This document shows positions 49,364-60,187 of a stretch of DNA of 64,000 bases, in pieces (position 1 is the first letter of the stretch; every line of letters begins with the position of its first letter). Source of the DNA: Bacilli bacterium (GTDB taxonomy: Bacteria; Bacillota_I; Bacilli_A; RF39; UBA660); contig JAFQES010000014.1 of the NCBI GenBank assembly GCA_017398945.1, positions 2,394-66,393 of the forward strand. Reading direction: 5' to 3'. The translations under genes were made by a program, and so were the position numbers. The notes beneath the pieces were generated by a model. It was not told where the DNA came from. It saw only the letters and a list, made by a program, of their open reading frames with translations, and ran no database searches.

Positions 49364-50005
49364 GTGTATATGAATAATAATATTTTGTCTAAATCATTTT
49401 TGTGGATGTTTATTGGACTATTAGTAACATTTGTTACTGGATATGCAGTATGTACAAATTATGAAATCATGTATGCGATTTTTGCTAAGAATGGCTATAT
49501 CTTCTTAATGATTGCTGAACTTATATTAGTTATATTTTTATCAGCAAGAATCTTTAAGATGAAACCAACGACAGCCAAGGTAATGTTTTTACTATATTCG
49601 TTTGTTAGTGGGTTAACATTCTCATCTATATTTGTGGCATATAAACTATCATTTGTAATGTATGTGTTCTTAATAGCAGCAGCCGTATTTGGATTATTTG
49701 GTTTCTTAGGATATGTAACAAAAGCTGATTTATCTAAAATTGGAACATTTTTAATGATGGGACTTTTAGGTGTAGTAATCTGTTCAATTGTCAATATCTT
49801 TATTGGTGGAGATGCATTTAGTTTAATTATCTCAATAATTTCATTAATTGTATTCTTAGGAATTACAGCTTTTGATGTTCAAAAAATCAAAAATTTGCCA
49901 ATAGATAATGATAATGGTGCAATATATGGAGCATTACAACTATATTTAGACTTTATTAACATTTTCTTAGATTTATTAAGAATATTAAGTAGAAATAGAG
50001 ATTAG
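49364..50005 (+). CDS. Bax inhibitor-1/YccA family membrane protein
   Basis: 7 TM; GALQLYLDFINIFL. Confidence 0.92.
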   Translation: MYMNNNILSKSFLWMFIGLLVTFVTGYAVCTNYEIMYAIFAKNGYIFLMIAELILVIFLSARIFKMKPTTAKVMFLLYSFVSGLTFSSIFVAYKLSFVMYVFLIAAAVFGLFGFLGYVTKADLSKIGTFLMMGLLGVVICSIVNIFIGGDAFSLIISIISLIVFLGITAFDVQKIKNLPIDNDNGAIYGALQLYLDFINIFLDLLRILSRNRD

Positions 50006-50104
50006 AAATTAATTTCTATTTTTTTTTAGATAATAATATAGTTTATTATGTAGTCTTTTAAATTTATTATTTACACTTTAAAATAAATTTGTTATACTAC
50101 AAGA

Positions 50105-50160
50105 CGAGTAAAGAAATTACTCCTTGCTTCTTAAGTGAAGCCAATAGACCATAAGGAGGT
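50105..50160 (+). promoter_or_regulatory. S6:S18 ribosomal leader RNA
   Basis: CTCCTT pairs with the AAGGAG SD, inner CTTC/GAAG hairpin, CCA motif adjacent to the SD stem. Confidence 0.75.
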
Positions 50161-50167
50161 GGAATGA

Positions 50168-50458
50168 ATGAGTAAATACGAAATTATGTTTATTGTTAAA
50201 GCAACTATGGAAGCTGATATGGTAGCTAGTACTGCTAAAGATATGCAAGCTTTAATCGCTGACAATAAAGGTAAAGTATTAGAATTCAAGGAATTAGGTG
50301 AAAAAAAATTAGCTTATCCAATTAAGAAAGAACTTAATGGATATTACTATGTAATGCAAGTAGAAGCTAATCATGAAACAGTTTCTGAGTTTGATCGTAA
50401 AGCTTTACTAAATGAAAATGTTTTAAGACATTTAGTAATTAGAATTGATGAGGATTAA
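50168..50458 (+). CDS. rpsF: 30S ribosomal protein S6
   Basis: KYEIMFI..G.KKLAYPIKK..GYY. Confidence 0.97.
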   Translation: MSKYEIMFIVKATMEADMVASTAKDMQALIADNKGKVLEFKELGEKKLAYPIKKELNGYYYVMQVEANHETVSEFDRKALLNENVLRHLVIRIDED

Positions 50459-50459
50459 T

Positions 50460-50912
50460 ATGAATAAAGTTATATTAGTTGGAAGACTTACAAAAGATCC
50501 TGAAATGAGAACAACTGGTTCAGGAGTTGCTGTTACATCATTTACAGTTGCCGTAAATCGTCCTTACTCTGATCAAAGTGGAGAAAGACAAACTGATTTT
50601 ATCAACTGTGTTATATGGCGTAAACAAGCAGAAAATGTAGCTAGATACTGTAATAAAGGTAGTCTAGTTGCTGTAGAAGGTCGTATTCAAACTAGAAGTT
50701 ATGATCATCAAGATGGATCAAAAAGGTATGTAACAGAAGTTGTTTGTGATAATGTAACTTTCTTATCTTCTAAAAATAGTGGTTCAACTAGTGAACCAAT
50801 GAGTTTTGGGGGAAATATGAGTGAAGATATTGCTACTACAGATGTTACAGATGATCCTTTTAAAGATTTTGGTGATGAAATCGCTTTAAGTGAAGATGAC
50901 CTACCATTTTAA
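50460..50912 (+). CDS. ssb: Single-stranded DNA-binding protein
   Basis: NKVILVGRLTKDPE..DDLPF. Confidence 0.97.
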   Translation: MNKVILVGRLTKDPEMRTTGSGVAVTSFTVAVNRPYSDQSGERQTDFINCVIWRKQAENVARYCNKGSLVAVEGRIQTRSYDHQDGSKRYVTEVVCDNVTFLSSKNSGSTSEPMSFGGNMSEDIATTDVTDDPFKDFGDEIALSEDDLPF

Positions 50913-50927
50913 TAAGGAGGAATAATA

Positions 50928-51143
50928 ATGGCAGAATTTCATCGTAAGAAAAAGAAAATATGTCAAATGTGTGCAGGAAAAAGCGTTGATTATAAAGACG
51001 TTATGATTATAAATAAATATATTACTGAAAAAGGTAAAATTATGCCTCGTCGTATGACAGGTGCTTGTGCAAAACATCAAAGACATATTGCTCAACAAAT
51101 TAAATACGCAAGATTTATGGCTTTAATACCATATGTTAAGTAA
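50928..51143 (+). CDS. rpsR: 30S ribosomal protein S18
   Basis: C..C..VDYKD..GKI.PRR.TG.CAKHQR. Confidence 0.97.
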   Translation: MAEFHRKKKKICQMCAGKSVDYKDVMIINKYITEKGKIMPRRMTGACAKHQRHIAQQIKYARFMALIPYVK

Positions 51144-51165
51144 TCACAAAAGTGGTTACTTTTTT
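51138..51165 (+). terminator. Terminator after rpsR
   Basis: AAGTAATCAC-aaaa-GTGGTTACTT followed by a T-run. Confidence 0.8.
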
Positions 51166-51216
51166 ATTTGATATTATCCTTCTTATTAGATATAATAAGA
51201 ATAATTAGGAGGGTTT

Positions 51217-53076
51217 ATGGGAAACGAAGAATTAAAAAAATTGATGAAAATTTTAGAAAGACACGATTTAATATATTGGAAAAATATTTTATCAAAATAT
51301 AACATAAGTTATGAAGTGTTACAAAAAATACTTTCTTTAGATAAAGAATTAACTGACAGAAAAATAATGTGGTTTGGTAAATTTATAGAAGATATTAGTA
51401 AATATATTGAGCTTGATAATGATATTTTAATTACTTTTTTAGAACATTATCCAAATGGTAATCGGTATAATATTTTAATATCTAAAATAGAGACTCTTAA
51501 AAATGAGTATACATTAGAGAAAAAAGATGTAATTATGTTAACAAAATGTCCTTTTGGTTTTTTAGAGATGAATGAATTTTTTAATTATATGTACATACAT
51601 TATAATCAAAACTCATGTTCAGATTTGCTAAAAGAATATGTAGAATTTGCTTGCTCTGGTAAATGTATTTGTTCATATTTAACTCTTGAATCTCTTTATC
51701 GTAATAAGTGTCCATTTAATTATCTAAATTTATTGCAAAAAGTTGATATTTATTTTCTGCGTGAAGTTTTAACTTTTATAAAAGCTAAAATTGAATTATG
51801 TTATTTGGAAAAGATTGTTGATAAGTTAATAAAATTTCCGCAAGAGGAAAAGTATAGATCAAAATTAAGATATATTGTTTCTCGTGGGTTAACCGGAGAA
51901 GAAATATTAGTATTATTAAACCATCATTTTACCGATGAACAAATAATTTATTTAAGAAATTTAATACAAGATAAATTAGATTTGTCTATTGTTCAAATAA
52001 TAGCTCGTCCTAAATACTCTTTGGAAAAAATGCGTTATTTAGTAAAACTTTTTCATATGGGATATGATATAAATAAATATAAGAAATTTAATCAAGAACA
52101 ATTAAAATATATTATATTAGGTTTGGATAAGAAATTGGATGTATCTATATATGTTAATTCGCATTTTGATGCTAAACAAATGGAACTAATATATTATGGA
52201 TTATTAAACAACGATGACGTTTCAAAAGTAGCTAATACTAATTATAGTTATGAACAAATGGAATTCTTATTGATGGTTGAAAACTTTAAAAAGGAAAATA
52301 AAACTTTAAATGTTTCATTTGAAAAACTTTTTAATCCTAGTTATGATTTAAAATACATGGAAACCATGTTTTCGATTCTTTCTGATTACGAATTAACAAA
52401 AAAAGAACAGGATTTTATATTTAACCCTAAATTTGCACCGTTTGTAAATATGAGTTATAAAAGTGATTCTTATATGAATTTATTAGTTAGAGCTCTAAAA
52501 CTTAATGGTTTATCTAAATTAAGAGAACTTATAACTGACAAAAAATCTAATAAAATAATTAGTTTGTTAGTGCTTGGATTAGCAAATGGTTTTAATGATG
52601 AAAAAATAGAATTTTTACAACAACATCATTATTTGTTGGAAGAACAACTTAATGAGATAGTTAGTGGATTAATTGAAGGTTTGAGTGTATCACAGGTTTT
52701 TGTATATGCTAAACTACATGTTGATGCTAAAAAAATGAATATTATAAAAAAATTATTGCTTAATGGAGTAGATAATAATTTAGCTGGAATTTTAATTCAA
52801 AGTGGGCTTAGTCATAATAATATTTATGAATTACAAAATTATATCAATGCAAACTATACTTATGATCAGCTTAATTGTTTAGCTAGTTATATGCGAACTG
52901 GTTGGTTTGAAGATGATATTAAACAAGTGAATAATCTACTTAATGCTGGTGTAGATGAGGAAGTAATCCAAAATTTAGTCAATCCTAATGAAAGGTTACA
53001 ATATTCTCAAAGTACTATTTATCAAGAGGTTTTAATGGATGATTTTCAAGCTTTGTTATTAGCAAAAAAACAATGA
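51217..53076 (+). CDS. Hypothetical protein with ~24-27 aa helical repeats
   Basis: Recurring [FY]xxEQ[MLI]xxIxxGLxxxLDVSxY units. Confidence 0.7.
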   Translation: MGNEELKKLMKILERHDLIYWKNILSKYNISYEVLQKILSLDKELTDRKIMWFGKFIEDISKYIELDNDILITFLEHYPNGNRYNILISKIETLKNEYTLEKKDVIMLTKCPFGFLEMNEFFNYMYIHYNQNSCSDLLKEYVEFACSGKCICSYLTLESLYRNKCPFNYLNLLQKVDIYFLREVLTFIKAKIELCYLEKIVDKLIKFPQEEKYRSKLRYIVSRGLTGEEILVLLNHHFTDEQIIYLRNLIQDKLDLSIVQIIARPKYSLEKMRYLVKLFHMGYDINKYKKFNQEQLKYIILGLDKKLDVSIYVNSHFDAKQMELIYYGLLNNDDVSKVANTNYSYEQMEFLLMVENFKKENKTLNVSFEKLFNPSYDLKYMETMFSILSDYELTKKEQDFIFNPKFAPFVNMSYKSDSYMNLLVRALKLNGLSKLRELITDKKSNKIISLLVLGLANGFNDEKIEFLQQHHYLLEEQLNEIVSGLIEGLSVSQVFVYAKLHVDAKKMNIIKKLLLNGVDNNLAGILIQSGLSHNNIYELQNYINANYTYDQLNCLASYMRTGWFEDDIKQVNNLLNAGVDEEVIQNLVNPNERLQYSQSTIYQEVLMDDFQALLLAKKQ

Positions 53077-53079
53077 GTT

Positions 53080-53114
53080 AAAAGGTAATCGCTTAACTTG
53101 GCGGTTACTTTTTT
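53080..53114 (+). terminator. Terminator resembling the rpsR terminator
   Basis: GGTAATCGC-N8-GCGGTTACT followed by a T-run. Confidence 0.75.
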
Positions 53115-53195
53115 AGTTTATAAAGTACTATTATTTACTATCTTTTTTTTATGATAACTGATATAATATAAATTGTATTTAAGGAGGTTTATATA

Positions 53196-53636
53196 ATGAA
53201 AGTAATTCTACTTAAAGATGTAAAAAAACAGGGGAAGAAAGATGATATAATTGATGTATCAGATGGTTACGCAACTAATTATCTAATAAAAAATAAGTTG
53301 GCTGTTGCATATTCAAAGAAAAGTGCTGAAGTATTAGATAGTCAAATTGAAAAAAGAAATGACGAAGAACAAAAATTAGTTGATAGCTATAATGAAATAA
53401 AGAAAAAATTAGAAGATAAAGAAGTAGTTTTTCAAGTAAAAACTGGTAAAGATGATAGAGTATTTGGAACTATTTCTAGCAAACAAATATCTAGTGAATT
53501 AGAGAAAATGGGCTATAAAATAGATAAAAAGTGTATTTTATTAGATCATGCTATTGATTCATTAGGAACGCATAATGTAATGGTTAAATTACATAAAAAG
53601 GTGGAATTTAAAATTAAAGTATTACTTAAAAAGTAG
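53196..53636 (+). CDS. rplI: 50S ribosomal protein L9
   Basis: [23 protein letters not shown]. Confidence 0.97.
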   Translation: MKVILLKDVKKQGKKDDIIDVSDGYATNYLIKNKLAVAYSKKSAEVLDSQIEKRNDEEQKLVDSYNEIKKKLEDKEVVFQVKTGKDDRVFGTISSKQISSELEKMGYKIDKKCILLDHAIDSLGTHNVMVKLHKKVEFKIKVLLKK

Positions 53637-53644
53637 GTGATAGT

Positions 53645-54988
53645 ATGGCTTCAAGAAGTATGCCCCAAAATAATGATGCTGAAATGAGTGTTTTAGGTGT
53701 TGCTTTTTTAGACGAAAGGCTAATAAGTAAGATATGTGAAGAAGTTAACAAAGATATGTTTTTTAATGAAAAAAATCAACATATTTTTGATGCAATAGTT
53801 AATCTTTATAAAAATAAAATACCTATTGATATAATGACTATTAAAGATGAACTGGATAAAAAGAAAGCTTTGAAGTCTATTGGGGGAATTGAGTATTTAA
53901 GCGAGATTATTGATTCGGTTGTTACAACAGCTAATTTAGAATACTATATCAAAATATTAAAAGAGAACGCAATTAGAAGAAATTTAATCGATACAGCAAC
54001 TAATATAGTTACAGAAGCTTATGATGAAGAAGATATAAATTCTTTACTTGATAATGCGGAAAGAAATATTTTAAATACGATAAAGGTACGTCAAGCTAGT
54101 GAGTTTTTACCAATTGGAGAAGTATTAAGAAAAGCGCAAGAAAATTTGGAAATGCTTGCTAAAAATAAAAGACCTGTTACAGGTTTATCAACAGGATTTT
54201 ATGATTTAGATAAAATCACAGCAGGACTTCATGGTGGTGAAATGATTATCTTAGCAGCTCGTCCAGGTATGGGAAAAACAGCTTTTGCTTTAAATATTGC
54301 TACTAATGCAGCTAGTACGACAAATAAAGCTATTGCAGTATTTAACTTGGAAATGTCAGCAGAAATGTTAGTGAATCGTATGATTTCGTCAGTTGGGCAA
54401 ATAGATTCTTATAAATTACAAACTGGTCGTTTAGAAAATAATGATTGGAAAAGATATAACGAAGCATTAAGTCAACTTGCTGAAACTAATATTTATATTG
54501 AAGATAACGCTGGTATTACAAGTTCCGAAATTAGAGCAAAATGTCGTCGCTTAGCACAAAAACCAGAAGGACTAGGCTTAGTTGTAATCGACTATTTACA
54601 GCTTGTTACAACTGGTAACAAACGGGTTGAATCAAGACAAGTTGAAGTATCAGAAATTTCCCGTAGTTTAAAGACAATGGCTTTAGAATTAGATGTTCCA
54701 GTAATTGCGTTAGCGCAATTATCACGTAGTGCAGAAAAACGTGAAAACTCTCAACCAATGCTAGCTGACTTACGTGAGTCAGGATCGTTAGAACAAGATG
54801 CCGATATGGTTTTATTTATTAATCGTAAAGACTATTATGAAGCCAAAACAGATAAAAGGGAAAATATTGTTCCAGCTGAATTAATAATCGCAAAACATCG
54901 TAAGGGTTCAACGGGATTAGTAAATTTAATATTTGAACTTAATATGAGTAATTTTAGAAATTATATGAAAGCAGATAATGAGAATTAA
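53645..54988 (+). CDS. dnaB: Replicative DNA helicase
   Basis: AARPGMGKT, IDYLQL, DLRESGSLEQDAD. Confidence 0.97.
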   Translation: MASRSMPQNNDAEMSVLGVAFLDERLISKICEEVNKDMFFNEKNQHIFDAIVNLYKNKIPIDIMTIKDELDKKKALKSIGGIEYLSEIIDSVVTTANLEYYIKILKENAIRRNLIDTATNIVTEAYDEEDINSLLDNAERNILNTIKVRQASEFLPIGEVLRKAQENLEMLAKNKRPVTGLSTGFYDLDKITAGLHGGEMIILAARPGMGKTAFALNIATNAASTTNKAIAVFNLEMSAEMLVNRMISSVGQIDSYKLQTGRLENNDWKRYNEALSQLAETNIYIEDNAGITSSEIRAKCRRLAQKPEGLGLVVIDYLQLVTTGNKRVESRQVEVSEISRSLKTMALELDVPVIALAQLSRSAEKRENSQPMLADLRESGSLEQDADMVLFINRKDYYEAKTDKRENIVPAELIIAKHRKGSTGLVNLIFELNMSNFRNYMKADNEN

Positions 54989-55000
54989 AAAGGAGATATT

Positions 55001-56491
55001 ATGAATAGTAAACAAAAAATAATTACATTTTTGTTAGTTGCAATTACTGTTGTAATACTATTTTTATATGGATTAGTTGATAAAGAATACAATATAGCTA
55101 AAGAAGTTTATCAAGTTTATTTAAATGGTGAAGCAATTGGTACAATAGCTGATGAAGATAAATTATATGATTTAATTGATAATAATCAACAATTAATAAA
55201 AGAAAAGTATAATGTTACTAATGTATATCCACCTAATAACTTTGAGATTATAAAAAAATATACTTATGATGAAAAGTTAACTACTGCAGAGGATATCTAT
55301 AATAAAATTGAACAATTGGAAGATTTTACAATAAAGGGTTATGTGATTACAATTAATCCAAATGATCCTGAAAAAGAAGCGTTTACGATAAATGTTACAG
55401 ATAAAAAAATATTTGAAAGTGCAATAAATAAATTTATTAATACATTTGTTGATGAAGAAGTTTTTATTGATTATATGAATGGTACGCAAAAAGATATAGT
55501 TGATACTGGTAGTATCATTGAAAATATGGGATTTAATGAGACTTTTAAAATTAAAGAATCTTTAATTAGTGTTAATGAAAAAATATTTACAGATGAGATT
55601 TCGTTAAGTCAATATTTGCTCTTTGGGGATCAAGAAGAAACGAAGTATTATACCATTAAAGCAGGAGATACGATAACAAGCGTTTCTGAAGAAAATAAAC
55701 TGAATACGGAAGAATTTTTAATTGCTAATCCAAAATATGAAAGTGAAGATAGTTTGCTGGCAATTAATGATCAAGTAAATGTTACCTTGATTAAACCGAT
55801 GATTTCTTTAACTTATCAACTTTATAGTGTTAGTGATGAGGAACAATACTTTGAAAAGAAAATTGTTTACGATAAATCTAAACCATCATCATATAGTCAA
55901 ATAACACAATCTGGAGTTACTGGTTTAACAAGACTTACAGAGCGTTATACTGTTACTAATGGAGAACAAAGTCAAGGTTCAGAAGTTATTAGTAAAGAAG
56001 TACTAAGAGAAAAAGTTGACCAAATTACTACTAAAGGACGCAGATATTATGGTGTAACAGGAAATTATATTGATGCTGGTACAGGATGGGCATGGCCAAC
56101 TAACAGTGGTTATAGAATTACAAGTCCATATGGATATCGTTGGGGTGCTATGCATAATGCTATTGATATTTCTGGTACTGGATTTAATTCACCAATATAT
56201 GCTGCTAATGATGGAGAAGTTGTTGTAGCCAATAAACAATGTAAAAATTGTTCATATTGGTCACTAGGACACTATGTTGTTATTAAACATGCTAACAATT
56301 ATTATACTTTGTACGCTCATATGAATAGTTTAAATGTTTCAGTAGGACAGACGGTTTCTAAAGGGACAATTATTGGAAAGATGGGGGAGACTGGACGAGC
56401 AACAGGTGTTCACTTACATTACTCAGTTTCAATTGGGCAACCTTATTCTGAAAGTTATAGATATATTAATCCTCTAAATTTATATCGCTAA
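55001..56491 (+). CDS. LysM + G5 + M23 peptidase (cell-wall endopeptidase-like)
   Basis: YTIKAGDT LysM; HNAID, YAHM, HLH intact Zn ligands. Confidence 0.9.
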   Translation: MNSKQKIITFLLVAITVVILFLYGLVDKEYNIAKEVYQVYLNGEAIGTIADEDKLYDLIDNNQQLIKEKYNVTNVYPPNNFEIIKKYTYDEKLTTAEDIYNKIEQLEDFTIKGYVITINPNDPEKEAFTINVTDKKIFESAINKFINTFVDEEVFIDYMNGTQKDIVDTGSIIENMGFNETFKIKESLISVNEKIFTDEISLSQYLLFGDQEETKYYTIKAGDTITSVSEENKLNTEEFLIANPKYESEDSLLAINDQVNVTLIKPMISLTYQLYSVSDEEQYFEKKIVYDKSKPSSYSQITQSGVTGLTRLTERYTVTNGEQSQGSEVISKEVLREKVDQITTKGRRYYGVTGNYIDAGTGWAWPTNSGYRITSPYGYRWGAMHNAIDISGTGFNSPIYAANDGEVVVANKQCKNCSYWSLGHYVVIKHANNYYTLYAHMNSLNVSVGQTVSKGTIIGKMGETGRATGVHLHYSVSIGQPYSESYRYINPLNLYR

Positions 56492-57255
56492 TGAAAATTT
56501 GTGTTTTAGCTAGTGGTTCTAAAGGGAACGTAACATACGTAGAAACTAAAAAACATAAGATTTTGCTTGACGTTGGAAAAAATTATAAATATATAAAAGA
56601 GCAATTACAAAGTATAGATGTTGATATAAAAGAAATTGATTATGTACTTATTAGTCATTTACATGATGATCATATTTCTGCTTTAGAAACATTGGTAAGA
56701 AGAGTTAAACCAACTATTTGTTTAACTAGACCAATGTTTCTTGAACTTCCAGATTTAAATGCTTATGAAAGAATATTGATTTATGAAGATGATATTTATT
56801 TAGATGATGTAGTCGTAAAAAGTATAAAATCTTCTCATGATGCAACCGATTCAAGAAACTTTCTTATTGAAGAAGGAGATTCATCGGTTGTATATATAAC
56901 AGATACAGGATATGTTAAAGCTAAGAATTTTGCAATAGTAGCTAACAAAAATATTTATTTAATGGAAAGCAATCATGATATTGAAATGCTAAATAATGGT
57001 CCATATCCAAAGTGGTTGAAGAAAAGAGTATTAAGCGATTATGGCCATTTATCTAATAATGCTGCTAGTTTTTACTTAACAAAATTAATTGGCCCTAATA
57101 CCAAAAAAGTTGTATTAATGCACTTAAGTGAAACTAATAATTCTAAAGATAAATCTTTATTGACTTTAACCGATACATTTAAAGAATATGAAGTTGATTT
57201 TAAAAATGTTATTATAAGTGATCAAAATGAAAAGTCGGAAGTGATTGAAGTATGA
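56491..57255 (+). CDS. walJ: WalJ/YycJ metallo-beta-lactamase nuclease
   Basis: LASGSKGN, SHLHDDH, SHDA, TDTG, ESNHD..ML..GPYP..LK.R, GHLSN, HLSETNN. Confidence 0.9.
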   Translation: MKICVLASGSKGNVTYVETKKHKILLDVGKNYKYIKEQLQSIDVDIKEIDYVLISHLHDDHISALETLVRRVKPTICLTRPMFLELPDLNAYERILIYEDDIYLDDVVVKSIKSSHDATDSRNFLIEEGDSSVVYITDTGYVKAKNFAIVANKNIYLMESNHDIEMLNNGPYPKWLKKRVLSDYGHLSNNAASFYLTKLIGPNTKKVVLMHLSETNNSKDKSLLTLTDTFKEYEVDFKNVIISDQNEKSEVIEV

Positions 57256-57686
57256 TTACAATAATTTGTGTTGGTAAAATAAAAGAACATTATTTAAAAG
57301 ATATGATAGATGATTATTTAAAAAGAATTAGTAAATATCATAAAATTAACATTATTGAGCTAAAAGACTCTAATATTAAAAATGAAGAAGGGGAAATATT
57401 AAAAGTATTAAAGCCTAATGCGTATAATATAGCTTTAGATATAAATGGAAATAGTTATAGCAGTATAGAATTAGCAAGTAAAATTGATCGTTTATTTACA
57501 ATAAATAGTAATATATGCTTCATAATTGGAGGCAGTGATGGTATAGGAGAAAAAGTTAAGAAGTCATGTCAAGAACTACTGACATTTTCAAAACTTACTT
57601 TTCCTCATGGGTTATTTAGGGGAATACTATTAGAACAAATTTATCGAAGTTTTAAAATTATCAATAATGAAACTTATCATAAGTGA
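57252..57686 (+). CDS. rlmH: 23S rRNA pseudouridine-1915 N3-methyltransferase
   Basis: VGKIKE, FIIGGSDG, TFPH, LEQIYR, YHK. Confidence 0.95.
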   Translation: MITIICVGKIKEHYLKDMIDDYLKRISKYHKINIIELKDSNIKNEEGEILKVLKPNAYNIALDINGNSYSSIELASKIDRLFTINSNICFIIGGSDGIGEKVKKSCQELLTFSKLTFPHGLFRGILLEQIYRSFKIINNETYHK

Positions 57687-57695
57687 GGTTAAATT

Positions 57696-58883
57696 ATGAA
57701 TAAACAAGTAAAATTAATACTATTATCATATATCTTTTTTTCTTTATCTTGTGGAATATTTTATAATTTTCAAGAGTTATGGATGGCATCAAATGGCTTA
57801 AGTCTTAAAACAATTGGAATAGTTTATTCTTTGTGTGCATTGCTGTCTGTGTCTATAATTTTTTTGTTTTCTAATTTGATTGGTCAAGAAAAGTTAAAAG
57901 ATTTTACCTGTTTATTGTTAGTTTTAAAGTTTTGTACATTATTTTTGTTATTTATTTTAAATAATTCTAATAATTTATTTTTAATTAAGTTTATTGTAAT
58001 GATTGATTATGTCTTAAAAGTTGTTGTTTCTGCATGTATATATCCTCTTCTTAGTATTTTTGATAAAAGTGATAAATTATTTGCTGCTAAGACTTTAATT
58101 TATAGTTGGTTATATTATTTAGGAATATTTTTTACAAGTTTTCTTTTAGGCAAAACTTTAGGAAATGTAAAAATTGAATACAATTCTTTTTGTTTGATTG
58201 GGGCTATTTTAATAACTATTAGTTTTTTAATTTTAAGAAATGTAAAAATCGATAAAAAAACAAGAAATAAAATAGATAATAATGTAATGTTTAAAATTAC
58301 AAATAAAATCAAAAATGATAAAATTACTTTGAATTATTTAGGATATTTATTTACTAATGAAATTGCATATTCATGTGTTACAAGATTAATTATAACAATA
58401 TTTGTAACTACAATGGGATTTTCTGATATCCAGGCTTCTAATTTAAATTTAGCGTTATGTGTTTTATCTGCTTTTTTAGGAACAATAATATTAGCTAAAT
58501 TTACTATGAAAAACAATTATATTAATTTTGCCATAAAATACTTTGGTAGATGTTTATTTTATTTTTTAGCGTTTTTATTTGGTACTAAATTGTTCATGTT
58601 AATTGCTACAATATACACTATGATATTATCTGATTCATATGTAAATGTAACTGATGCTCCGTATGTAAATCGTTTTTCTAAAGAGGAACAATTAGCTTTT
58701 TCTAACTTAAAAGAAATGATTTCATACATAGCTGTTGCTATTGGCATGTTAATATGTTCTATAACGCTTCAATTTAACTTTAAATACAATTTTTTAGTAG
58801 CAACCATATTTATAGTAATCGCTACTTTATTTGGCTTTAATGCGATACGATTACATAATATTGAAAAGGAAAATGAGAAATGA
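57696..58883 (+). CDS. MFS-type transporter
   Basis: About 12 TM segments in two halves. Confidence 0.7.
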   Translation: MNKQVKLILLSYIFFSLSCGIFYNFQELWMASNGLSLKTIGIVYSLCALLSVSIIFLFSNLIGQEKLKDFTCLLLVLKFCTLFLLFILNNSNNLFLIKFIVMIDYVLKVVVSACIYPLLSIFDKSDKLFAAKTLIYSWLYYLGIFFTSFLLGKTLGNVKIEYNSFCLIGAILITISFLILRNVKIDKKTRNKIDNNVMFKITNKIKNDKITLNYLGYLFTNEIAYSCVTRLIITIFVTTMGFSDIQASNLNLALCVLSAFLGTIILAKFTMKNNYINFAIKYFGRCLFYFLAFLFGTKLFMLIATIYTMILSDSYVNVTDAPYVNRFSKEEQLAFSNLKEMISYIAVAIGMLICSITLQFNFKYNFLVATIFIVIATLFGFNAIRLHNIEKENEK

Positions 58884-59539
58884 TAGGTAACGATTGGGAT
58901 AATATATTAGGGAATATTTGGAATAGTTCTGGATTTAAAAATTTTTACAATATCATTTTAAATGAATATAAAACTAAAACAATCTATCCTTTATTACCAG
59001 ATATATTTAATGCACTTAAATTAACACCTTTTAAAGATGTTAAAGTAGTTATTGTGGGACAAGATCCCTATCATGGAGAAGGGGAAGCACACGGACTTGC
59101 TTTTTCGGTTAATGATGGAGTTACTATTCCGCCATCTTTAAAAAACATTTATAAAGAACTTCATAATGATTTGGGAATAGAAATTCCTAAGTCTGGTAAT
59201 TTAACTAAATGGGCTCAAAATGGAGTGCTTCTTTTGAATAATTCATTAACTGTGGTAAAAGATACTCCTAATTCTCATCAAAAGATCGGGTGGCATTTAT
59301 TAACAGATTATATAATAAAGAAAATTAATGAAAAAGATGAGCCAGTAGTATTTATTTTATGGGGAAATAATGCTAAGCAAAAGGTTCCTCTAATAAATAG
59401 TGATTTTCATAAAATTATAACTAGTTCTCATCCATCACCGTTTTCGGCTAATTATGGATTTTTTGGAAGTAAGCCATTTTCTCGGGCTAATAAATTTTTG
59501 TTAGAAAAAAAACGCCTTCCCGTAGATTGGCGTCTATAA
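58880..59539 (+). CDS. ung: Uracil-DNA glycosylase family 1
   Basis: GQDPYH, PPSL.NIYKEL, GVLLLN, HPSP. Confidence 0.96.
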   Translation: MIGNDWDNILGNIWNSSGFKNFYNIILNEYKTKTIYPLLPDIFNALKLTPFKDVKVVIVGQDPYHGEGEAHGLAFSVNDGVTIPPSLKNIYKELHNDLGIEIPKSGNLTKWAQNGVLLLNNSLTVVKDTPNSHQKIGWHLLTDYIIKKINEKDEPVVFILWGNNAKQKVPLINSDFHKIITSSHPSPFSANYGFFGSKPFSRANKFLLEKKRLPVDWRL

Positions 59540-60070
59540 TTTAAAATCATCGATTATATCATCTTGCATATCTTTTCCATCAAAGTAAGGCTTAATTTTA
59601 TAATTTAGCAATTTAGCTACAATAGTTGATGGGAATTTTCTGATTAGATGATTAGATTCAGTAGTGTTTTTATTATAATAGGTTTTTCCAGACACTAACT
59701 TTTCATCGTAATCTTTTATTTGATATAACAATTCAGTTATATCTTTATTTTTAATTAGAACATCATGATCATTAACTAAATCATTAATAATATTCATTGC
59801 ATCAATTAAACGACGATCAAAATCAAAATTACTAATTTTTTCATCTTTAATATTAATTATATCTTTTAGATATTCTTTTTTTGTTTTTAATTCTTTTTTT
59901 ATGATACTATTAATCTTAATTATTACATCATATTTATTTCTTAAAGCTTCATCTATTACGTTTTCTGCTTGTTCTATTTTAGTTTTTAAATATTGTAAGT
60001 TATTATAACTATTTATATAAACGATTGCTAAAATACCAACGATTACTATTATTATTAAAAATATTGTCAT
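59534..60070 (-). CDS. lemA: LemA family protein
   Basis: N-terminal TM, YNNL, YYN..N..IRKFPSTIVA. Confidence 0.8.
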   Translation of the reverse strand: MTIFLIIIVIVGILAIVYINSYNNLQYLKTKIEQAENVIDEALRNKYDVIIKINSIIKKELKTKKEYLKDIINIKDEKISNFDFDRRLIDAMNIINDLVNDHDVLIKNKDITELLYQIKDYDEKLVSGKTYYNKNTTESNHLIRKFPSTIVAKLLNYKIKPYFDGKDMQDDIIDDFKL

Positions 60071-60187
60071 TTCTTATTCACCTATATATAAATATAACAA
60101 ATTTGAATTTATTACGCAACTAAAGGTAGGTTAATTTGACATATTTAAAAAACGTGCTATAATATTTACTCAATTTGAGGGGTTGCT

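Noticed and set aside
57669-57686. rlmH 3' end resembling the SCCmec integration site (GAAACTTATCATAAGTGA)
   Set aside because: It is simply the conserved E.YHK* coding end; no second copy or recombinase was seen
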